Positions 46,803 to 55,405 of a stretch of 64,000 nucleotides of DNA are shown in pieces; position 1 is the first letter of the stretch, and each line of letters opens with the position of its first letter. This stretch comes from Bacteroidia bacterium. Its GTDB lineage: Bacteria > Bacteroidota > Bacteroidia > AKYH767-A > OLB10. A program made the position numbers and the translations under genes. The notes beneath the pieces are model-generated. The model saw only the letters and a list, made by a program, of their open reading frames with translations, made no database searches and was not told where the DNA came from. Location: contig JBDTRM010000169.1 in NCBI GenBank assembly GCA_039931675.1, positions 993-64,992 on the forward strand. Reading direction: 5' to 3'.

Positions 46803-47624
46803 ATGCTTTTAGTAAATAGTATATCACCCATCAGCAAAATCATTCCGACTAACGGAAGCAATCCGGCTTTGGTGCTATGCGAAGACCTCACAGAATATTA
46901 TTGCAAATACAGCCGCTACACACCTGCAAATAAGTTACTCATTGAATTCATTTCATCATCCTTTTTAAAAGTATGGAATGTCCCGACACCTGATTTTGCT
47001 TTTGTTGAAATAGCAGCAGAACATGTTCCTGCCGAAATATTGTCAAACAGAATTTCGCGCAATGATTTTCTGATACCCACATTTGGTTCACAGCACTTAG
47101 AACATTCGCATGAAATTGATGAATCAGTTATTCTATCATGGAATAATAAACGAGGACAGGTAAATAAAATAATAAATAAAGAAGATTTCTTACGTATAGG
47201 ATTGTTTGATTTGTGGATGGCAAACGAAGACCGGAATCACAATAATTATAATTTAATGATAAGTGCGAAAGAAGAAGGAAGCGTTATTTATGCAATTGAC
47301 CATGAAAAATGTTTCAATTCAGGTATCCTTGACAACGTACATCCCATTCAGATTTTAACTGAAGACGAATCAATTTTAAAAACGGACTTGGTTCCCATAT
47401 TATTTAACAATGAATTTCACTTAGAAGATGCCATTCGTGGGATTTTAGAAGGATATAGTAATTCTGTTAATGAATGTAAGCATCAATTACCCGGAATATT
47501 GCAGCAAATACCCGAAAGGTGGAACATAAATACAGATGAAATTGCTACCTTGCTTGAGAAAAATATCTTTGCGCCAGAATGGATGGAACTGACAGTGCAG
47601 ACATTTAAAGAATATTTGAATTAA
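46803..47624 (+). CDS. HipA-like serine/threonine kinase-fold protein
   Basis: 273 aa. LWMANEDRNHNNYN (catalytic-loop D.H..N pattern) and YAIDHEKCF (metal-binding Asp). 6-nt gap from the Res gene. Confidence 0.75.
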   Translation: MLLVNSISPISKIIPTNGSNPALVLCEDLTEYYCKYSRYTPANKLLIEFISSSFLKVWNVPTPDFAFVEIAAEHVPAEILSNRISRNDFLIPTFGSQHLEHSHEIDESVILSWNNKRGQVNKIINKEDFLRIGLFDLWMANEDRNHNNYNLMISAKEEGSVIYAIDHEKCFNSGILDNVHPIQILTEDESILKTDLVPILFNNEFHLEDAIRGILEGYSNSVNECKHQLPGILQQIPERWNINTDEIATLLEKNIFAPEWMELTVQTFKEYLN

Positions 47625-47646
47625 ACTTGCGTTATAAAAGGAAAAA

Positions 47647-48450
47647 ATGAAAAGCACTTATTCTATAGTCTATTTATCTCTTAAGCCAACGGTTCAGGAG
47701 CAGATAGCCATTGGCTTGCTTCTGACCAATGGAGAGAAAGCGCATTTTGAATATTCCCCGCTCAAGCTTAAGTACATTTCAAAACTGATGAATAACGAAA
47801 CGTATGGTTTTGTAAACAATTATTTATCAGGCTTGAAATCTGACTTTAAAGGAACAAAATTATCTTCAGTTGATTATTTAAGCTATCTGACTAAGTACAG
47901 GAATAACCTGGTTATATTTTCGCAAGCTGTTGACATAAATATGGAAACTAATGAAGCTAATTTCAAAAAGCTTTTTGTAAAGTTCATTTTTGAAGATGCT
48001 CCGTTGAAATCAGTTTTACCTTCAGAAAAAGTGAACATTAATACTAAGGTTAAAAATATTTTATATCCTAAAATAAAGGATAATGTTAATATAGATAAGA
48101 CGTTTACTCCTAAGGAAATTCCATCATTGCTTATTCCAACCGTGAAGGTTAATTTTATCGGGCGTAATGATAACCCTGTTGCCGGTGAGGTAATAGATTT
48201 TGAAGGAAGTATAAATTCCTTATCCAATAAGATTTCCCACTTTATCAGCCTTATAAAAGCTTTTGAAATTGAAAAAGAAGAAGGCAAATTTTTCGTTATT
48301 GGCGATGAACCCAGAAGAGAAAACCCATCGCATGAAACATGGCAGCATCTTAAAGAATGGCAATCAGTAGAAATAGTTTCAACAAACGAAATTGAAAAGG
48401 TTTCTGATTATATTCATACGCATCATGTTAGGCCTTTTCAGCAAAATTAA
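47647..48450 (+). CDS. DUF3037-like protein
   Basis: 267 aa. N-terminal YSIVYLSLKPTVQEQIAIGLLLTNG fits the DUF3037 N-terminal pattern as I recall it. 22-nt gap from the kinase gene. Confidence 0.65.
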   Translation: MKSTYSIVYLSLKPTVQEQIAIGLLLTNGEKAHFEYSPLKLKYISKLMNNETYGFVNNYLSGLKSDFKGTKLSSVDYLSYLTKYRNNLVIFSQAVDINMETNEANFKKLFVKFIFEDAPLKSVLPSEKVNINTKVKNILYPKIKDNVNIDKTFTPKEIPSLLIPTVKVNFIGRNDNPVAGEVIDFEGSINSLSNKISHFISLIKAFEIEKEEGKFFVIGDEPRRENPSHETWQHLKEWQSVEIVSTNEIEKVSDYIHTHHVRPFQQN

Positions 48451-48601
48451 TTTCAGTTCAGACTGGATTCTTAATTTTATTTAGCAAAATATTCACCCTA
48501 TCAATTGATCTAACTGGTGGGGTTGAGGAATTTTAATTGATTAACGGTTACTAAACCTTATTGAGCTTTAATAGAACATCTTAATCCCGATTCAAAAATA
48601 T

Positions 48602-49264
48602 TTATTGAGTTTTTGATTTGCGCAATATTAAAAACCCTTTCAAATAAAGAGAGAAAACAGCAACTTCAATCAATGCATGTACCCACCAAAGTTTTGTGGC
48701 AAGCGTTGTTCCGAATAAAAGAAACAGGAATACAGAACAGAAAAAATAAAAAAATATACCTGCTAAAAACCAAAAATCTGAAGACATTATTTCATCTCCT
48801 TTTTCAGCAATATTCAATAAAGCATTTGCCGCAAAAAATGATATAGCAACTGAAGTAAAGCCGTCATATATGTTATTGAGATTATATTCAGGTTTATTAA
48901 TTATTATGGTGATTAGCCATAAAACAAAAGAAAAACAAATCAGAAAAACAGACAGATAACTTTTAATTTTTTTCCGGTTAAACCCGGGAACAAACCATAA
49001 ATAAAAAATAGTTTCAATCAAAGCATAACCCGAATACCTTATTGATTGAGTGCTTTGATGAAATTCAAAATCAATAAAAAAAATATTGAGGCTGGTGAAA
49101 TCAACAAAAAAAGCAAATAATAAAAACCACCAAAAGGCTTTGTAGATTGTATAAGTTTCTTTTAAAACAAACCTTCCGGCAATAATTGGCACTAACGCAT
49201 AAAAAATAGTAAAGACTTTAAAATCAAAATCAACGTGCCTCAGGTATTCAATTGATTCAGTCAT
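48602..49264 (-). CDS. Polytopic membrane protein (about 6-7 TM), unknown family
   Basis: 220 aa, hydrophobic throughout. Its start abuts the stop of 49265..49957. Confidence 0.7.
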   Translation of the reverse strand: MTESIEYLRHVDFDFKVFTIFYALVPIIAGRFVLKETYTIYKAFWWFLLFAFFVDFTSLNIFFIDFEFHQSTQSIRYSGYALIETIFYLWFVPGFNRKKIKSYLSVFLICFSFVLWLITIIINKPEYNLNNIYDGFTSVAISFFAANALLNIAEKGDEIMSSDFWFLAGIFFYFFCSVFLFLLFGTTLATKLWWVHALIEVAVFSLYLKGFLILRKSKTQ

Positions 49265-49957
49265 CTATGGAAGGGTACGCTCAAGAATTATTTTGTTCTC
49301 CCAGGCTATATTAAAGTCAGAATTAATCTGAAATAAAATAATTCTATAGGGGTTTTTCAGCTCTGTGTCATCATACCCTATTGTACAAAAAATGCCTACA
49401 CCATTTCCTAATTCATTGTACATTTTTGACAAATCGTGATCATAGAAATAATCGCTGACGACAAGGTTGGGATTTTGAACAAATTCTTTAAAACGATTAA
49501 CATCCGGGGCGATTTGATCCCATGTAGTTTGCTGGGCCTCCACATCATCAAAATAAAATGATTTAAGATTTTCTTTTACAACTTCAGGATCATCGGAACC
49601 CGTATAAAGCCATGTATCAGTATAATAAACGATATCATCTGGGTTTAACATAACATCTGAAGCATTCGTAGGCTCATTCTCATCATAATCAAGTTTTGCA
49701 GCAGCCAAATAAAAAGACTCTCTGCCTCCTTCATTACTATAACAAAGGAAAAAAGTTGCTCCATTTCCATCGGATAGATCAAGTAATTGCTCTTTGGTGA
49801 TAATTCCTCCAAAACCCAACCTTCGCGAATAAGCATCCGAATCATCCCCAAGTTTAAAGTAATTAGCAAGCAAATATCCAGCTACGTTAAAAGATATGTC
49901 ATGACGGAATCCTCCTCTGCTTAAAATGAATTGGAATAGTTTATTTTGTTTGTCCAT
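49265..49957 (-). CDS. Hypothetical protein, paralogue A (GFRHDI ... NKIILERTLP family)
   Basis: 230 aa. Shares GFRHDI.(F/P)NVA, FGG, TFFLC, AAAKL.Y, GYD(D/E)TELKNP(Y/F)R and a terminal NKIILERTLP with 50008..50826. Confidence 0.7.
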   Translation of the reverse strand: MDKQNKLFQFILSRGGFRHDISFNVAGYLLANYFKLGDDSDAYSRRLGFGGIITKEQLLDLSDGNGATFFLCYSNEGGRESFYLAAAKLDYDENEPTNASDVMLNPDDIVYYTDTWLYTGSDDPEVVKENLKSFYFDDVEAQQTTWDQIAPDVNRFKEFVQNPNLVVSDYFYDHDLSKMYNELGNGVGIFCTIGYDDTELKNPYRIILFQINSDFNIAWENKIILERTLP

Positions 49958-50007
49958 TTGTTTGTGATTTTTGAAATTAAGTTTGTAAGTATTTTGGATG
50001 TTATATT

Positions 50008-50826
50008 CTACGGCAATGTTCTTTCTAAAATTATTTTATTCCAATAATTCAAAGTATTATCATTATTGACTTCAAACATAATTAATCTGAATGGGTTTTT
50101 TAATTCAGTTTCATCATAACCAACAAAGACATAAATTCCTTTGCATTTATCATTGTACGCTTCGTCATAAAGCTTCGAAAGATCATCTCGATGAAGAAAG
50201 TTACTCACGATATTATTTGAAGGGTAAGCTTTGCTCCCAAAATTATCTACATAGGTTTTTACCTCGCTCCATTTTAATTGCGGCTGCGCAGGTGCTGGTG
50301 GGGGCACACTCGGTGGACTTGAATTAATAAAGCTAATAACAGCACGGTAGTCTAAAGGTTGTGCGTATGTCCACTTTATGCAATTGGAAAAATAAAGTCT
50401 ATCGTTATCTCTAAGATTAACAGATCCGGAATTCTCGCCAACTGAAGGGTTGTATTTTAGCTTTGCAGCAGCAATGTGAAACTCACCATCCTTTAAGCAT
50501 AAAAAAAAAGTTGAACCAAGCCAATTCCCAGCTAAGTCCTTGATAGAGGCCATATCAAAAAAGCCTCCAAATCCATATTTTTCAGCAAAGTTAATTTGTA
50601 CGGTCAAAGGTAAGTCAGCTTGGTAATGAAGGATATTTTGTTGAATTAAAAATGATGCAACATTTGGAGTAATGTCATGCCGAAAACCGGGTCGCGATTT
50701 ATTTTCCTTATCATTATTAATTGTCTCAATAAGGGAATTGACTTTTTCATTTGTGTAATAAAGCCATACAATAAGTCCTGCAAGGCCAAAAATAATAAGA
50801 GTTAAAACAATTCGGGTTTTCATCAT
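50008..50826 (-). CDS. Hypothetical protein, paralogue B with N-terminal TM anchor
   Basis: 272 aa. TM IVLTLIIFGLAGLIVWLYY, then the same conserved blocks as paralogue A. Confidence 0.7.
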   Translation of the reverse strand: MMKTRIVLTLIIFGLAGLIVWLYYTNEKVNSLIETINNDKENKSRPGFRHDITPNVASFLIQQNILHYQADLPLTVQINFAEKYGFGGFFDMASIKDLAGNWLGSTFFLCLKDGEFHIAAAKLKYNPSVGENSGSVNLRDNDRLYFSNCIKWTYAQPLDYRAVISFINSSPPSVPPPAPAQPQLKWSEVKTYVDNFGSKAYPSNNIVSNFLHRDDLSKLYDEAYNDKCKGIYVFVGYDETELKNPFRLIMFEVNNDNTLNYWNKIILERTLP

Positions 50827-50998
50827 TTAAAATTAATATTTGATACTTGTTATTCAGGAGTTTTCAAATGTAGATTTTTTCATTTTAGAAACCAACCCAG
50901 GCAAAAAATAATATTCTGATAACAGGAAACAGGGTCTTACCTTTTATCCGATATTAATGAATCATTACCAAAGATTTTTACTTTAAACATAACATATT

Positions 50999-52397
50999 TC
51001 AAGCAGCTAATTTTTGTCCGTCTATAATTTCTAATTCTGCTGATGCTCTTTGATATGCTTTGATGAATAATGCAAGAGTTTTTTCAATAACATCTTTTGT
51101 ATAATTAGCCATCATTTGAAATCTGAATATTGCTTTCCCTCTTGGCACCGCGGGGTATTCTATAAGGTTTGCTATAACACCTGACTGCGTAATGTTCTTA
51201 GAAATAAGACGTGCCAGCCGTTCATCTCCTATTAATACAGGTATAATCGCTGATGGATTTCCATTGGTTTTAAACCCGGCCTGGTGCATGCACTTCAGTA
51301 TATGTAATATGTTTTCCATAAGCTTAGCACGCAGCAATTCACCTTCATGCGAAAAAACTATTTGCATTGCACTGTTTACTATCGCACATTGCACAGGTGA
51401 GATGGCATTGCTGAAAGTGTAAGTAGGTCCAAAAAAAGTAATGCGTTGTCGTATTACCTGGCTGCCGGCTACAAAGCCGCCATTACTTGCAAAGGTTTTA
51501 CTGAAGGAACCCGTTATAACTAAATTCTCAGCATTTTCTAATTGCATATTTTCCAGGTTGCCCAAACCATGCGTGCCAAGGCACCCAAAATCATGAGCCA
51601 CGTCAATAATTAATATGGCATCGTAAGTAATTGCTAATTGCTGTATTGCTTTAAGATCAGGTCCATCTGAATTCATACTGTATAAACTTTCAACAACAAT
51701 AAAAATTCCGTTCTGTGCATTCTTAGCTCTTAGTGATTTCAATTTGTTTTCAAGGTCCTCAATATTGTTATGCATAAACTTAAACACATTGGTGGTTGCA
51801 TAATGAGCTGCCACATCAAGGCAGTTGTGTGAGAGTGAATCCATCACTATACAATCTTCCTTAGTTACTAACCCGGCAATGGCACTAAAGCAAGCCATCC
51901 ATCCTGAGCTAAAAACCAATGCTTGGTCCTGTTGCAATATTGTTGCAATTCTCTTTTCAAGTTCATCAGTAATGGATGAGCGCCCAGTTAATATTGCTGC
52001 ACCCGCTGAATGTATTCCATATTTATCTCTTTTCAAGTTCATCAGTAATGGATGAGCGCCCAGTTAATATTGCTGCACCCGCTGAATGTATTCCATATTT
52101 ATCAATTGCATGTTTAGCTGCATCAATTATTTCCTTGTGATGAGAAAGGCTTAGATAATCTTGCGAACCAAAATTAATCAGTTCCTTTTGATTTAAATCT
52201 TCAGTAATTATTGTTTTAATTGCTATGTCATTATTAGCGGTATAGGTTCGGGAGAATGGCCACACTTCATTTTGCTGGCGTAACAAGCACCAATCATTAA
52301 ATTTTGCATAACGGTCATTCAAGTTACTTCCTTTTACATTTCTAAAGTCAAAGGAGTTTTGCCTAAGTGATTCCACGTTAAAATTATTAGTGTTCAT
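50999..52397 (-). pseudogene. Alpha-oxoamine synthase family PLP enzyme (serine palmitoyltransferase / 8-amino-7-oxononanoate synthase-like) disrupted by a 76-bp tandem duplication
   Basis: Split into ORFs 52023..52397 and 50999..52042. Both contain DKYGIHSAGAAILTGRSSITDELEKR. PLP-lysine context GSFSKTFASNGGF. 76 is not a multiple of 3, so the duplication shifts the frame. Confidence 0.85.
51951..52102. repeat. Perfect 76-bp tandem duplication (2 copies)
   Basis: 51951-52026 and 52027-52102 read identically (CTCTTTTCAAGTTCATCAGTAATGGATGAGCGCCCAGTTAATATTGCTGCACCCGCTGAATGTATTCCATATTTAT). Confidence 0.9.
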
Positions 52398-52585
52398 GAT
52401 AAATGGTTTTTTATAAAAATTTTAAATGACGCATCAAACGTACATGCGACTTAAGCCAACAAAAAGTTGAAGTTTAAAAACGGGGGAAATGGGTTTGAAA
52501 ATGGTATTAAATTTAAGAAAAGCGGTGGTCAGGTTTTATTGGAATTTCAAATAGAAAATAATGAACTGATTATCCTAACTGCATT

Positions 52586-53335
52586 TTATAATTTCTTTAA
52601 GGCACTTAAAAACTCCTCCTTTCTTCTGCGACTAACGTCAATCATACTACCATCAACCATCTTAACCTGCCCGCCATCCCCTTTAATATATTCTTTAATA
52701 TAGCTTAGATTAATCAGGTGGGAGGTATGGACTCTAAAAAAGTTATATGAGTTTAAAAGCTCCTCACACTCTTTCATACCCCGTGATACCATTTGTTTGG
52801 TTTTATTGGTAAAGTAAAAAGTTGTATAAACATTGTCACTTACACAATGCACTATATCATCTACCTCGGCAAACACAAAACCAGATAGAGTAGGCAAGGC
52901 AATTTTTGCTTTTCCTGTCGTGTTGTTATTGATGTTATGGAGCAAAGCTTCAATATGTTGTAAGTTTTTTTTCAATAATATTTTCTCTTCAAATTTTTCA
53001 AGTGCTATCTTTAAATCATCAGGGCCGAAAGGTTTTAATAAAAAGTCAACGGCACTCATTTTTAACGCACGCAAAGCATACTCTTCATAAGAAGTGCAAA
53101 AAACCACTTCAAAATTTATTTCCTTAAGCTCATTAAGTAAATCAAAGCCTGTTTTTGGTGGCATCATCACATCTAAAAAAACCAATTCAGGTTTTACCTT
53201 AGGTATGTATTCCAATGCCTCCATTACAGAGTTGCATCTCCGGCTAACGTTATATTCAGGGAAATTTCTTTCAAGCATGGTTGATAAAATGTCCTGCTGA
53301 TCAGGTTCATCGTCAACAATAATGGTGGAGTGCAT
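52586..53335 (-). CDS. LytTR-family response regulator (REC + LytTR DNA-binding domain)
   Basis: 249 aa. IIVDDEP...VFLDVMMP receiver motifs. C-terminal FFRVHTSHLINLSYIKEY LytTR pattern. Confidence 0.9.
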   Translation of the reverse strand: MHSTIIVDDEPDQQDILSTMLERNFPEYNVSRRCNSVMEALEYIPKVKPELVFLDVMMPPKTGFDLLNELKEINFEVVFCTSYEEYALRALKMSAVDFLLKPFGPDDLKIALEKFEEKILLKKNLQHIEALLHNINNNTTGKAKIALPTLSGFVFAEVDDIVHCVSDNVYTTFYFTNKTKQMVSRGMKECEELLNSYNFFRVHTSHLINLSYIKEYIKGDGGQVKMVDGSMIDVSRRRKEEFLSALKKL

Positions 53336-53426
53336 ATACGGGTTTATTGTTTGATGTAAAGTTTTGCTAAATGGGCATTTTGTACGGAGTTAAATACAAT
53401 AACGGTTGCAAAATACATTTTACTTC

Positions 53427-55109
53427 CTAATTAATTTGCTCAAACGGTAATGCAATTTCAACTTTTCGTCCAGAATAATTATTCTTGTCATCATATAACT
53501 CTGTTTCTTTAAAACCGGCCTTACTTTCTTTTTCAAGATTGATAAGATCAATTCTTTCCTGTGTCAATGCTTTTCCCATAGACGTTTTCTTTACGAATTC
53601 TTTCAGGTCATCAGTTTCTTTTGAAAGGGTGCCATTGTCAGTGATTACGTATTTCATGTAGTCACCTTCCACCTCAATTTTTAATTCCAGTAAACCTTGC
53701 CCGGTTTTGTTATTTAACCCATGCCAAATAGCGTTTTCAATAAAGGGCTGTAAGATAAGAGGAGGTATTTGTGTATTGTCAGTGATTACATTTTTAGCAA
53801 TCGAAATTTTATAATCAAAAATATGTTTCAGTCTCAGTTGTTCCATTTGAATGTAAAGTTCCAAAGCCTCGAGTTCATCAGTCAATGGCACTTCTTTAAA
53901 CTTTGAATTTTCCAGTATCGCCCTTATCAATTTAGAGAATCGGACTAAATAATCACCTGCTTTTTGGTTGTCATTTTCCTGCATAAACTTATAGATAGAG
54001 TTCATGCAATTGAAAATAAAATGAGGGTTCATCTGGCTGCGCAGTGCCTTCATTTCCATTTCTGAAATTTGCTGTTTGAGTTCTGCTTCTTTAACGCGGA
54101 TTTGCGATTCCCTTTTACGCCTGTAAAAAACAAAAATGATAAATGAAAAGGCCACTAAGAATGCAACGAAACTAAGGGATGCGATAAATAGAATTCTGTC
54201 ATTCTCTTTTTGATTAGCCAGCGTTTCATTGTTGACCGTCAAATCATTTAATGTTTTTTCCTTTTTATTGATCTCAGTTCTCGTTGTTACGTAATTTGCA
54301 TGAAGAGAAATAATACTGTTTGAGTCATTTTTAATCAGTGGCCATTTTTCATGTTTGTAAAGTAGAAAATACCTATAAGCATTAATAGAGTCGTTTAATG
54401 CAATATAACAATTGGTTATACCTTCATATAAATCTTTGCTCGGATAATGGCCAATATTTAAAAAATTGATAATTTTCTCTAGCTCATTATAATACTTTAA
54501 AGCAGAAATATAATCTTTCTTGAACACATAGATTTCAGCAATTCTGTTGAGTAAGCTTAATAGCTGAAGATTTTTATTGTTTTTCTTATAATAATTATAG
54601 CACTCCAGGAAGCAGACTAAGGCACTGTCATTTTTAAGTTCAGAAGTTTTAATTTCTCCTATATAATTTAGTGTTATGTAATAATTTGGGTGATTGATTT
54701 TTTTAAAACAATTTAAAGCAAGTTTTAAGGTATCCGTAATCTCATCAGTTTTATCTCCGCTAATTAAATCATGTGTGCATACGTAAAGATAATAGCTACC
54801 AGATAAGAAGCTATTATTAGAATTAATTTTCATTCTATTATTTCTGATTTCTTTAAACAAACATCCTTCAATTGAATCTACATAATAATAGGTATAGGCA
54901 ATTTTTTTAGTGCCAATAAGCTTGGTTTGTTTACCAATTTTTTGAATGTTTTCCAGAAACATATATGCACTTTCAAATTCATATTTCAATGCTGCTTGCT
55001 TAGCAGAGTCGAGCAAAGAATTTATGATCTTTTCCTCCTCCTTTGTTTGAGCTTTAGATTGAGTATTGAATAGAATGCAAATACCCATTATCAGAATAAT
55101 AGATTTCAT
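53427..55109 (-). CDS. LytS/YehU-type sensor histidine kinase with periplasmic TPR-like sensor region
   Basis: 560 aa. Signal/TM, TPR-like repeats, TM (ILFIASLSFVAFLVAFSFIIFVF), LRSQMNPHFIFNCMNSI (His_kinase motif), HATPase-like C-terminus. Confidence 0.85.
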   Translation of the reverse strand: MKSIILIMGICILFNTQSKAQTKEEEKIINSLLDSAKQAALKYEFESAYMFLENIQKIGKQTKLIGTKKIAYTYYYVDSIEGCLFKEIRNNRMKINSNNSFLSGSYYLYVCTHDLISGDKTDEITDTLKLALNCFKKINHPNYYITLNYIGEIKTSELKNDSALVCFLECYNYYKKNNKNLQLLSLLNRIAEIYVFKKDYISALKYYNELEKIINFLNIGHYPSKDLYEGITNCYIALNDSINAYRYFLLYKHEKWPLIKNDSNSIISLHANYVTTRTEINKKEKTLNDLTVNNETLANQKENDRILFIASLSFVAFLVAFSFIIFVFYRRKRESQIRVKEAELKQQISEMEMKALRSQMNPHFIFNCMNSIYKFMQENDNQKAGDYLVRFSKLIRAILENSKFKEVPLTDELEALELYIQMEQLRLKHIFDYKISIAKNVITDNTQIPPLILQPFIENAIWHGLNNKTGQGLLELKIEVEGDYMKYVITDNGTLSKETDDLKEFVKKTSMGKALTQERIDLINLEKESKAGFKETELYDDKNNYSGRKVEIALPFEQIN

Positions 55110-55405
55110 AATTTAAGTTTTGGACTGGAGTTGCTGTAAATAAAAAACAGAAAATTGAATTCACATAATATATTGATGTGAAAGTATGGTTATCTTAAAT
55201 CTGTTTGATTTGACAATATCTATTCAACCAAAAAAATTCCTTACAAGACCTTATTCAAATTCAAACCTACCGGATTCCATTTGCCACTTTCCCCGGCACA
55301 GCATGCCTATACTTTTACTCGCGTTAAATAATTAACAAACAAAAAATATTATTAAAAACAAACAAACAGTGCGGAGTCAGCACTATAATCACTGACAAAA
55401 ACAAA

